DNA from: an uncultured bacterium
GTDB lineage: Bacteria; Chloroflexota; Chloroflexia; Thermomicrobiales; Thermomicrobiaceae
Direction of reading: 5' to 3'
Assembly: GCA_965285975.1 (NCBI GenBank)
Contig: CBDIWR010000361.1
Coordinates: forward strand, 1 to 39,660
Length of the DNA: 39,660 nucleotides
In this document: positions 10,545 through 18,819 of the stretch, piece after piece
Position numbering within the stretch: position 1 is the first letter of the stretch
How the letters are laid out: the number at the start of each line of letters is the position of its first letter
Position numbers and translations under genes: made by a program
The notes under the pieces: model-generated
Told to the model about the DNA's origin: nothing
Database searches by the model: none
The model's input: the letters and a program-made list of their open reading frames with translations, nothing else

Positions 10545-10700
10545 TCATACGTCGGCCGACTCACCGTCGGCCGTGTCGTCGCTACCGTCCGTCGCCTCTG
10601 ACCAGTCGTCGAGTGCAAGGGCCATTTCCGCCGCGGCCGACACCGCACGTGGTCCGCCGACCTGCGGCGCGACCGCGACCAACCGGCCGATGGCGACATC
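10545..10700 (-). pseudogene. 3' remnant of a second CMD-like gene
   Basis: DVAIGRLVAVAPQVGGPRAVSAAAEMALAL...* aligns by eye with TLVAIAPIVGGPRVVSSVGNIGRAL of 3562-3912; in-frame TAG immediately upstream. Confidence 0.55.
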
Positions 10701-10810
10701 CTAGTCCGCCGTGCTTAGCTTGAGGAACCGCCGGCGGTGGTAGGCGCGGGTCGTACTTCCGTGCCGCGCTCCGCCGGGGGCTCGAAGAAGGGCCACAGGG
10801 CCGGAGGCCA

Positions 10811-11449
10811 CTACGCAACAGAGAGGTGCTCCCAGCGATCTTCGGGGAGGCGGGCTTCAGCCATCCCCCGCAGTTGCACGGCCAGACCGAGGCCGGCGAA
10901 CACCGCCCAGACAAGCAGCCACCACAACGATGCATTGATGATCGCCCAGGTCGCCCCGCGCGAGAGCTGTGCCAGATCGATGCGGTTCACCACCAGCAGT
11001 ACGCCAGCGACCATGGTCGTAGCCCCGGCGAACGCGGTGCTGACGATCACGATGTAGACCGGCACGGCAAGGATCACGGCGGCGACCACGGCAATCACGG
11101 CGAAGAGGGCTGCCACGATGAACACAATCAATCCGGCATTGATGCCAAAGGCAGCCATCAACCCGGACCCGATCGACGCGCCGACCGACCCTGCCGCGAT
11201 GATCACCCCCACATACCAGAAGAGGTACGAGAGGAGCGCGAACAGCAGACCGACCACGAACCCGACGATCACGGCGGTGACGGTGCTGAAGAACCCCCCG
11301 CCGAAGACGGCCTGGACGCCAGCCGCACCGACATAGACGCCGGTGAAGAACCCCACGATCGGCAGCGTAATGAAGAAGACGCGCAAGCCCGCAAAGCAGA
11401 TGAGTGCTCCCAGTCCCAGGAGCAGCACACCGGCGATAATGTCACCCAT
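10811..11449 (-). CDS. DUF4203-like multi-pass membrane protein
   Basis: Start MGDIIAG at 11449 with GGAAGGAG RBS; CFAGLRVFFITLPIVGFF, STAFAGA; about 7 TM segments. Confidence 0.8.
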   Translation of the reverse strand: MGDIIAGVLLLGLGALICFAGLRVFFITLPIVGFFTGVYVGAAGVQAVFGGGFFSTVTAVIVGFVVGLLFALLSYLFWYVGVIIAAGSVGASIGSGLMAAFGINAGLIVFIVAALFAVIAVVAAVILAVPVYIVIVSTAFAGATTMVAGVLLVVNRIDLAQLSRGATWAIINASLWWLLVWAVFAGLGLAVQLRGMAEARLPEDRWEHLSVA

Positions 11450-11600
11450 GCTCTGACGCTCCTTCCGATCAGACATCCCGCGTCCGCGACGGACGGGCCT
11501 ACGGGGAGGCGGGCCCGGGGGTGGTCCGGGCCCACGCCCTCGAGCGACGGCGCGGGCCCTATATCCCATCCTCGACCAGATCGTAGGCTGGCGACCTCGA

Positions 11601-11999
11601 TCAGGACGCCAATTCCCGACCGTGCATCGCCAGCGCCCAGATGACGACCACATCCAGCGCGATGATCAGTAGTGACCAGAACGGGTAGTACGGGATGAAC
11701 AAGAAGTTGAGGATGGCGCTGAGCACGGCGACGATGATGCCGACGATCACGGCCCAGAAGCTACCGCGTAGGAGGTAGATGCCTGCAGCCGCGACGATGA
11801 TGCCGAAGATGAGGTGGATCCAGCCCCACGTCGTGACATCGATGCTGTAGAGGTAGTTCTGCGTCACCACGTAGAACTTGTCATCGATGATCGCCGATAG
11901 GCCGTTGAGCGCGTGAAAGACGCCTATGATGATCAGCATCACGGCGGCGAAGACGGCGATCCCCATTGCCCACTTGGGGGCCTTTTCCGATGTGTGCAT
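11601..11999 (-). CDS. 4-TM membrane protein (DUF7144-like)
   Basis: FAAVMLIIIGVFHALNGL...DVTTWGWIHLIFG...NFLFIPYYPFWSLLIIALDVVVIWAL; ATG 11999 with GAGGAG RBS. Confidence 0.8.
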   Translation of the reverse strand: MHTSEKAPKWAMGIAVFAAVMLIIIGVFHALNGLSAIIDDKFYVVTQNYLYSIDVTTWGWIHLIFGIIVAAAGIYLLRGSFWAVIVGIIVAVLSAILNFLFIPYYPFWSLLIIALDVVVIWALAMHGRELAS

Positions 12000-12102
12000 T
12001 TGACAGCTCCTCTCGTGCCCTGGGCTTCCAGTCACTCACGTCGACGGGCATCCCTTGGGGTGTCACCCGCCGAAACGAGACGCGGCGTCACCCTATCCGC
12101 TC

Positions 12103-12333
12103 TCATCCGCTGCCCGGAGAACTGACCTCGGTGCCGGCGGTCGCCGCTCCGGTTTCACCGAGGGCGGTGTCGGCCACATCGCGGCCGGCGTTGAACTGGC
12201 CGGTGATGTCTTGCGTGATGCTCTCGGTGACGACCTCGACCCCATCTTGCTGCAACTCCTTGGGCGCAGTATCGGCCGCGCACTCACGTTGAAACACGGC
12301 CACGATGACCTGGATCGGGACATCGTTAGCCAT
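12103..12333 (-). pseudogene. Internally deleted DUF1269-like remnant
   Basis: MANDVPIQVIVAVFQRECAADTAPKELQQ joined to VEVVTESITQDI; looks like the N- and C-terminal parts of the family without the central TM hairpin. Confidence 0.4.
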
Positions 12334-12455
12334 GATGCCTCTTTTGCGGTTGGTTATCCGACCCCGAAGGCTTACCTGGGGTCTGTCTCTAGCCAAGTCT
12401 AGAGGAGCCCGGTGCAGCGGGAATCAACCGGGGGGTCGTAGTCCGCGGGTGTACC

Positions 12456-12875
12456 GCCCGCGACGGCGCCGTGCTCCCGATCCTGCACCTCAATGGTTAC
12501 AAGATCAGCGGTCCGACGGCGCTTGGTCGCGACAGCGACGACGACATCCGGGCCTTCTTGCAGGGCAACGGCTACGAGGTCTTTTTCGTTGAGGGCGACG
12601 AACCCTCGCTCGTGCACCAGTCGTTCTCGGCGACGCTCGACCACTGCTACGAGAGGATCTTGGAGATCCAACGAGCGGCCCGCGAGTACGGCGTCTTCGA
12701 GCGGCCGCGCTGGCCGGCTATCGTGCTGCGCACGCCGAAAGGCTGGACGGGACCGAAGGTCGTCGGTGGTCTTCCGGTAGAAGGCACCTTCCGCTCGCAC
12801 CAGGTACCGTTGGCCAGCGTGCGCGATAACCCGGAGCAACTCGCGCTTCTCGAAGCCTGGATGCGCAGCTACTAA
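12456..12875 (+). pseudogene. xfp: Internal fragment of phosphoketolase
   Basis: [21 protein letters not shown]...[19 protein letters not shown]...[12 protein letters not shown]...LEAWMRSY*; ~140 aa of an enzyme normally ~800 aa, truncated at both ends. Confidence 0.9.
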
Positions 12876-13163
12876 GCCGTGATCTGTAATTCACGCGTCG
12901 TCGTCTGAAATTGCCTTAGTCATCTGGTCGATTGAGCCGATTGGCTGGCCACCCAGTTCTTGTTCCACTTAGCCCATTCAAGAAGGTCTCCTCTTACACT
13001 CTGTCCGATGCAGTGCATCACTTTTTGGCTTGTGTTCCTGCAGGTAATCTGCGATAGTGGCCGAGAAACCCTAATAAGAGTTTCGAGTTGCTAAGCGTAC
13101 AGGAAGGCTTAGCTTCGGCGTTATCAGCTATATGGAAGTCCCAATATCGCAAGGTGAGAATCA

Positions 13164-13940
13164 ATGGGTCACTTGCGCCTCGGTCGGTTACCACGAACGA
13201 TGCATTGGCAAGGGGTTGTTGGGCTGCTCGATGACTCGCCTGACGACATTCCCGCCGTTGCCCGAGCTACGGTTACGGCGGCCGAAGCACGCATGCGCGA
13301 GTTGTCCCGAGATCCATCACTTACCTATTGCTTCTGGATACTCACCCGCGTCATGGTCGCGTCCCGGGAGTCGGACTTCCGCTCGGCCCTCCAAGGGCTC
13401 AGTATCAAGCCTGCATCTAGTGATTCGGCGCTGGCCTTCGTTACCGAGTTATCCGAGCAGGTACGGAATGAACTCACTGCCTATCCCCAATCTGGACCGT
13501 TTGGGGAGCTCGCATCGCTCGCATTGCGTCGGGCTCTGTCCGAAACAGCTGGTGTACACGGTCGATCACTCTTCGGCAGCTCCCTCGAAGACGTCCATCA
13601 TGCGTTTCGAAGCCACTCGTCCCCCGATCGTTTCGGCGATGTGGCGCGGCGATTCTTCGGTGACTTTCTCGCGCGAACGCTTCAATTCTTCGTTGACAAG
13701 GAACTGTCAAATCACGTTGGAAGTGGGGGTCAGCTTCGCGGTATTGAGGCAAGCCGGGAGTTTTCTGCGGCTCTGGATGTCTATACACGTCAGTCGGCCC
13801 GCATCGTCGAGGAGTTCGCATCAGGATGGTATGGCAAGCACAACTGGGAGTCCCAAGGAGCGATCAGCCGTGAGGAGGCGCAAGGCTTCGTCGCAGTCGC
13901 GCTGCGCAAACTCCGGATGGAACTGGTGCGGTCGACCTGA
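13164..13940 (+). CDS. Hypothetical helical protein, QatB-like partner of the QueC-family enzyme
   Basis: 258 aa, starts MGHLRLGRLP (Gly2); stop overlaps the next ATG (TGATG 13938-13942); size and position as for qatB; homology not demonstrated. Confidence 0.75.
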   Translation: MGHLRLGRLPRTMHWQGVVGLLDDSPDDIPAVARATVTAAEARMRELSRDPSLTYCFWILTRVMVASRESDFRSALQGLSIKPASSDSALAFVTELSEQVRNELTAYPQSGPFGELASLALRRALSETAGVHGRSLFGSSLEDVHHAFRSHSSPDRFGDVARRFFGDFLARTLQFFVDKELSNHVGSGGQLRGIEASREFSAALDVYTRQSARIVEEFASGWYGKHNWESQGAISREEAQGFVAVALRKLRMELVRST

Positions 13941-16000
13941 TGAGTGTTGTGCGTGCTCTGTTTCAATGCGACTCGGCAGAGATTCCGGTGGATCTTGCCG
14001 CCCAATCCTGGGATGTCCGTAAGCCAATTAATATGAATAACAGTACTAACGCATCGCTGAACCTCCACGCCCAAGGATTCGCCGCGAAGGTTTTGACTGC
14101 CGTCCGGAACCGGGCTGCCGACTTGATACGCATTGCCTCATATGCCTATGCTGCGGATCAGGAGGTCTCACGAGGAGGTGAGACTGATGTGTACGGTAGA
14201 AAGTGGCGGCGCCAACTCGTTCTCTGTGCTCCTGTGGCGGAACCAGACTTCTGGACAGATGCCTCGGTGATCTCAGGTCTTGAAGATGTCCTGCAGTTCC
14301 TGACAGGTGACACGTGGGAGTTTCATTTTAGCCGAACTCCACGCCGCCCTGTACAGATATCCTATCCTGTCGATGAACCGGAGCTTCTTGGCCGTCCCGA
14401 CGCGATAGTACTCTTTTCAGGTGGTGCTGACAGCTTATGCCTCGCAGTCGACTCAATTGGCATTCAGGGCCGTCGACCGCTACTGATCAGCCACACACCT
14501 GCACCCCATATTAGTGCTCGCCAGCGATCCTTGGCCGATCACCTGCGGTGCAGATTTCCGGAATGGTTCTTCCCTCACGTGAACTTCTCAATCCACCGCA
14601 TGAAGTCGGAAGCAGCCGATAACAGCCAACGCTCACGGGGTTTCCTATACGCCTGTCTCGGCGCAGTGGTGGCGAGTGAACTCAGCGTATCCGACGTGTT
14701 CCTCGGGGACAATGGTGTGATCAGTCTGAATCTTCCTATCAATGGGCAGTTCGTTGGCGCCCTAGCCAGCCGAGCGACACATCCGAAGTTCCAATACCTC
14801 TTCAACCGGTTCGTTGCCAACGTATTCAGCTGTCCGGTTAAAGTCACGAATCCGCTATGGGTAAGAACACGTCCGGAGACGCTAGAGGTTCTCAATTCGA
14901 CCAATTGCGGTGATCTCCTTCAGGAAACGACATCCTGCAGCCGTGCTCGTGGGCGCCCACAAAGTTCACCGCACTGTGGCTACTGTTCCCAGTGCGTCGA
15001 TCGCCGTTTCGGCTCGATCGCCGCTGGACTCGCAGAGCATGATCTCGGCGAACGATACGGCGTAGATATTTTTACTGATCCTTTGGATCAGGGCGAACAA
15101 CGCACCATTGCTGAGTCCTACGTTCGTTTTGCCCGCAATGTGCTCCAGACGTCGGAAGACGAGATGTTTGATGCATATCCTCAGCTGTTCGACGCATTGT
15201 GTCCCGGCGATCCATCGCAAGCCGAAACTGCTCAACAGCTCGTGAGCTTACTGAAACGTCACTCCGTCAGCGTTCATCAAACGCTGACGGGTATGATCCG
15301 GCGCCATAGCTCTGAACTGGCAGCGGGTACGGTTGCGGAGACGAGTTTGCTTCGGCTTGCAGTGGGAAGTGCGCCTAGAATCGTTTCTCCGTCTGATCAG
15401 GTTGGAAACTGCATCCGCCGGGCCGGCGATACCTGGTCTGCCACCTATACGGGTCGCACGATCCAGGTAAAACACGGCAAAGGTATCGCCTACATCGCCT
15501 ATTTGCTGACTCACCCCAATCAATCCATTAGGTCCATGGATCTTGTGGCGCTCGTTGACCCACCTGCTCAGAGTGATCTGAGTCGTAGGATGAGCGCAGA
15601 GCAAGCTAAAGCAGAGGATCTGACCACATCCGATATGAATGTCCAAGATGAGTTGTTCGATGACCAGACTCGACGCCAAATCAGGACTCGACTCGCTGAT
15701 CTTGAGCATGAACTTGTGAAGGCTAGATCTGCGCAGGATACAGATCGCGTCCAACGCCTTCAGAACGAAACCCTAGACCTCAAACAATATCTAAGATCAG
15801 GTACTGGCCTTGGTGGCCGTCCTCGGCCATTCACCAGCCCGGCTGAGAATGCCCGCCGCGCGGTCTCTAAGGCGATTCACCGAGCCATGGAGACTATTAG
15901 CACCTACCATCCACAACTTGGTCGTCACCTCGTAAGTAGCCTCAAACTCGGTGCCTCTTGTACCTACTCACCAGAATTACCAACCGATTGGAACAGCTAA
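13940..16000 (+). CDS. QatC-like QueC-family (PP-loop) protein with an extra C-terminal regulator-type domain
   Basis: YAADQ, LFSGGADS, SQRSRGFLY, DNGVISLNLP, SRATHP, NPL, TTSC...HCGYCSQCVDRR zinc site; ~200 extra residues after aa ~485. Confidence 0.88.
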   Translation: MSVVRALFQCDSAEIPVDLAAQSWDVRKPINMNNSTNASLNLHAQGFAAKVLTAVRNRAADLIRIASYAYAADQEVSRGGETDVYGRKWRRQLVLCAPVAEPDFWTDASVISGLEDVLQFLTGDTWEFHFSRTPRRPVQISYPVDEPELLGRPDAIVLFSGGADSLCLAVDSIGIQGRRPLLISHTPAPHISARQRSLADHLRCRFPEWFFPHVNFSIHRMKSEAADNSQRSRGFLYACLGAVVASELSVSDVFLGDNGVISLNLPINGQFVGALASRATHPKFQYLFNRFVANVFSCPVKVTNPLWVRTRPETLEVLNSTNCGDLLQETTSCSRARGRPQSSPHCGYCSQCVDRRFGSIAAGLAEHDLGERYGVDIFTDPLDQGEQRTIAESYVRFARNVLQTSEDEMFDAYPQLFDALCPGDPSQAETAQQLVSLLKRHSVSVHQTLTGMIRRHSSELAAGTVAETSLLRLAVGSAPRIVSPSDQVGNCIRRAGDTWSATYTGRTIQVKHGKGIAYIAYLLTHPNQSIRSMDLVALVDPPAQSDLSRRMSAEQAKAEDLTTSDMNVQDELFDDQTRRQIRTRLADLEHELVKARSAQDTDRVQRLQNETLDLKQYLRSGTGLGGRPRPFTSPAENARRAVSKAIHRAMETISTYHPQLGRHLVSSLKLGASCTYSPELPTDWNS

Positions 16001-16209
16001 GGTCGGGTTTCTCCCTATTCGCGCCATTGCATGGCGCGGACGCGCTACGCATGGTCCCATGTGCACCCTTCCGTGACGCGCCTAAAGAGTAGGGACATCA
16101 ACTCGGGTCGTACGCCTCCGTGTGAGAGCGACTGAACGGTGTCAGCCGTCACCGTTCGCGACCGCTCGTCGACGTCCCTCGACAATAGGTACGGGGATGA
16201 CGAGCACTC

Positions 16210-16431
16210 ATGACTCGACAAAGACCGACAAAGTCGCTCTTGGACCAAACGCTTGAGGTTTGGCAGTCGCGATCGTCACGGGTACTTACAGGTGAAGACG
16301 CACGTGAGATCGTCGAGAATGTCAGCGGCTTCTTTCAACTCCTCCTCAAGTGGGATGCCGAGGGAAGAGTATCGCCAACGGTAGATGGGGCTGACGATAG
16401 CGAGCCGACCAGTGAGAACCGGTGGGCTTGA
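16210..16431 (+). CDS. Small hypothetical protein (73 aa)
   Basis: LLDQTLEVWQSRSSRVLTGEDAREIVENVSGFFQLLLKW, helical pattern; TGATG coupling to the next gene. Confidence 0.7.
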   Translation: MTRQRPTKSLLDQTLEVWQSRSSRVLTGEDAREIVENVSGFFQLLLKWDAEGRVSPTVDGADDSEPTSENRWA

Positions 16432-17699
16432 TGAGTCTCTGTGATGACGTCGAGAGCGACGCATGGCGGATGGTGAATGACCGGTTGGCCATCAACGAGA
16501 GTGGCGATCATAGTGAAGCGTTGACTCTCACCCCACAGGTTCCGGGCCCAACCGTGATACAGCTGCATCTTCCCGGACTTGAGGATGTTCCCCTACCACG
16601 GCGTCGACGAATGAGCAGAGCGCGTCGACAGACGGAGCAGCTAAGCCTAGATCCACTCGTGGACACCTATCTTCTGCGTTTACGCAGTCGTGGAGCAGCA
16701 GTGAAGGGGTTGCAGGCGTATCGGTATCAACTTCGGGCCGTTGCACGGCTCGCTCAGAGCGCGGCTGGACACCCCGTCACTATGGGTGAGCTATTTTGCG
16801 ACCCATCTCTCCTTGGACGAGTACTGGTTGATGACATGGCACCAAACCATGGATCTCAGTTGTCGAAGTGGACGTTGGCCCAACGGCGCTCAGCTATCCG
16901 CAGCTTCGTGACACTCATGCGCCCTGAACTCTTCGACATTGCTAGCGCGGACCCTCACTTGCTGTTGAATCAAGCACTTCAAAGCGTCGCTGTGCGCATC
17001 GGCGCCGGTTACCGATTGACCGGTGGAACCCCTCGACAGCGCGGCGGCTATGCGCCACGCAGGGACGAGGTTCAGGCGGTTCTGAAGGCCGTCTCGACCG
17101 CAGAAGGGTTCCTAGGTCCGAGAAACCTTGCATTCTACGGAATTCTCGCGGCCACAGGTTCACGAGTTAACTCGCTGCGTGCGTTGGATAGCGGAAGTTG
17201 CGTTCAACTCCTAAACGGATGCATACGCCTGTTCTTGCATGAGAAAGGTAAACACGAACCACGCGAAGTCGAGCTGGGACGTGAATTATCGTCGGCGCTG
17301 CTCACCTATCGTGACATGTTCAATGAATGCGCGGCCCAGGCCGGCTGGAGGGTAAGGATCCAATTGGGCGAGTCCGGTCTTGTCTGGCGGCAACCGGGAG
17401 GTAAAGGATGGCGCTATCACGAAATTCTGAGAACACTGCGGGCGGGTTGTGCAACTGCCGAGGTGCTGGAGTTCTCTCCACATTCCCTCCGGAGAGCCTT
17501 TGCAAGCGATGCTGCTACTCTGCTTCCCCGCCACACGGTGGCACAGGCTGGAGGCTGGAAGGGACTCGAACGCTTGGATGACCATTACATTCAGCCTCGT
17601 GAAGGAACAATCTGGTCGAAGCTCGGGTGTATTGCGGCCCAGCGAACGACGCCTGAGATCGTGAAGGTAAAGACTGATGCACCAAGTGTCCCTGTTTGA
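16431..17699 (+). CDS. Tyrosine recombinase (catalytic residues present)
   Basis: TGSR, EKGK, PHSLRR, GGW, DDHY give R-K-H-R-W-Y; ATG 16431 overlaps the previous stop. Confidence 0.85.
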   Translation: MSLCDDVESDAWRMVNDRLAINESGDHSEALTLTPQVPGPTVIQLHLPGLEDVPLPRRRRMSRARRQTEQLSLDPLVDTYLLRLRSRGAAVKGLQAYRYQLRAVARLAQSAAGHPVTMGELFCDPSLLGRVLVDDMAPNHGSQLSKWTLAQRRSAIRSFVTLMRPELFDIASADPHLLLNQALQSVAVRIGAGYRLTGGTPRQRGGYAPRRDEVQAVLKAVSTAEGFLGPRNLAFYGILAATGSRVNSLRALDSGSCVQLLNGCIRLFLHEKGKHEPREVELGRELSSALLTYRDMFNECAAQAGWRVRIQLGESGLVWRQPGGKGWRYHEILRTLRAGCATAEVLEFSPHSLRRAFASDAATLLPRHTVAQAGGWKGLERLDDHYIQPREGTIWSKLGCIAAQRTTPEIVKVKTDAPSVPV

Positions 17700-18720
17700 T
17701 CACTTTGATCGGCAACCGAAAAACCGCGCTTTTGATTCGGAGTCAGAGCGTTTACTCAAGATTTTTGCTGAGAAGAGGAGCGCAGACGGCGCACATCCCC
17801 GTTCGGTCAAGCGCGAGGTGAGTCAACTCCGATCCCTCGCTGGTGAACTTCAGGTCGAGTCTGATCTGATTTCGCTTACTGTCCTGTTCCGCGATCTGAG
17901 ATTGCTTGCTCAGGCGCTGTGCGAGCCTCGTTCGTCAATTGCGCGTTCGACGGGTCGTGTCCGCTATGTAGCCGCGCGGCGTTTCATGGAATTTGTGGCA
18001 CCACTCCTCGGAAGGGATGCCCGTAGGGATCTGCTCACGCTGGATAGCTACCTTCCGGCGGGGCGTCGGACGGCTTGGCACTCGACAGGTATTGTCGTTG
18101 CCGGTGCCCCAAGCCGCCGAAGTCGACGGGCGGTCAGCCTGGACTGGTCGCACCTCATCCAACTCGTCGATACTGCATCAACGGCAGAAACATCAGTCCA
18201 AACTATTCGCAATGTCGCACTGGTGGCGCTTCATTGCTTCAGCGGACTCCGTCCGGAGGAAATAGTCCTACTCCAGTGGAAGGACATTGCGACCGATTAT
18301 TCGCCCTTCGATGATCGTCATCACTTCAAGGTGAGAGTGAAACGTGCCGGTCGGGATCTATGGCTACCGCTTGTGTCCCCGGCCGTGAAAGCAATTACCT
18401 CGTTGGCAACCTCGTTCGCATGGCGGTCCGATCCACGGTCAGGGCCACTCTTTGAAAGCCGGAATGGAGTTGGAAGACCGTTGGGGTATCGCGCAGTCCG
18501 GATGATCCTGAAGGAGGTCTGCCGAAGGGCAGGGTTACCGGCCGTTGAGGCGATCGATTTACGTGCCGCGTTTGCGTATGGACTCCGAATGCGCGGGCTT
18601 TCCGACCACGAAGTCGCCGCTGTCCTCGGATTGGCCCAGGTTCGTAGCCTGGACCGCCTACTGCGGCGACACATGGCATTGGATGCGCAGCGCAAAGTGC
18701 GCGAGATCCTTGACCTGTGA
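17677..18720 (+). CDS. Tyrosine recombinase-like protein, apparently catalytically inactive
   Basis: SGLRPEE..LQWKDI box I intact; box II reads IDLR (no His), LGL (no His/Trp), SLDRLL (no Tyr); 23-nt overlap with the previous gene. Confidence 0.82.
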   Translation: MHQVSLFDHFDRQPKNRAFDSESERLLKIFAEKRSADGAHPRSVKREVSQLRSLAGELQVESDLISLTVLFRDLRLLAQALCEPRSSIARSTGRVRYVAARRFMEFVAPLLGRDARRDLLTLDSYLPAGRRTAWHSTGIVVAGAPSRRSRRAVSLDWSHLIQLVDTASTAETSVQTIRNVALVALHCFSGLRPEEIVLLQWKDIATDYSPFDDRHHFKVRVKRAGRDLWLPLVSPAVKAITSLATSFAWRSDPRSGPLFESRNGVGRPLGYRAVRMILKEVCRRAGLPAVEAIDLRAAFAYGLRMRGLSDHEVAAVLGLAQVRSLDRLLRRHMALDAQRKVREILDL

Positions 18721-18733
18721 GCTAACGTTATTC

Positions 18734-18759
18734 GGAGTTCGAACCCCACTGAGCCACCA
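18734..18759 (+). other. tRNA 3'-end-like remnant / possible att site
   Basis: GGAGTTCGAACCCCACTGAGCCACCA has a T-loop GTTCGAA and ends in CCA; no upstream D or anticodon arm. Confidence 0.45.
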
Positions 18760-18765
18760 TAGGTG

Positions 18766-18786
18766 TATAATGTTTTATAATGTTTT
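18766..18786 (+). promoter_or_regulatory. Tandem TATAATGTTT repeats: -10 boxes or operator upstream of the xis-like gene
   Basis: TATAATGTTT at 18766-18775 and 18776-18785, an AT-rich patch just upstream of ATG 18820. Confidence 0.6.
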
Positions 18787-18819
18787 CTATAGAAGTTGGT
18801 GGCCAGAGGTGGAGTAACG

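Noticed and set aside
13132-14022. 296-aa alternative-frame ORF over the qatB-like gene
   Set aside because: Ser/Arg/Pro-rich off-frame composition; the 13164 frame has the RBS and coupling to the QueC gene
13940-16000. Housekeeping queC (queuosine synthesis) or Dpd DNA-modification call
   Set aside because: About three times the length of QueC, QatC-type motifs, and no queD/queE/folE/dpdA nearby
16431-18720. RIT element
   Set aside because: Only two recombinases, and no flanking terminal inverted repeats were seen
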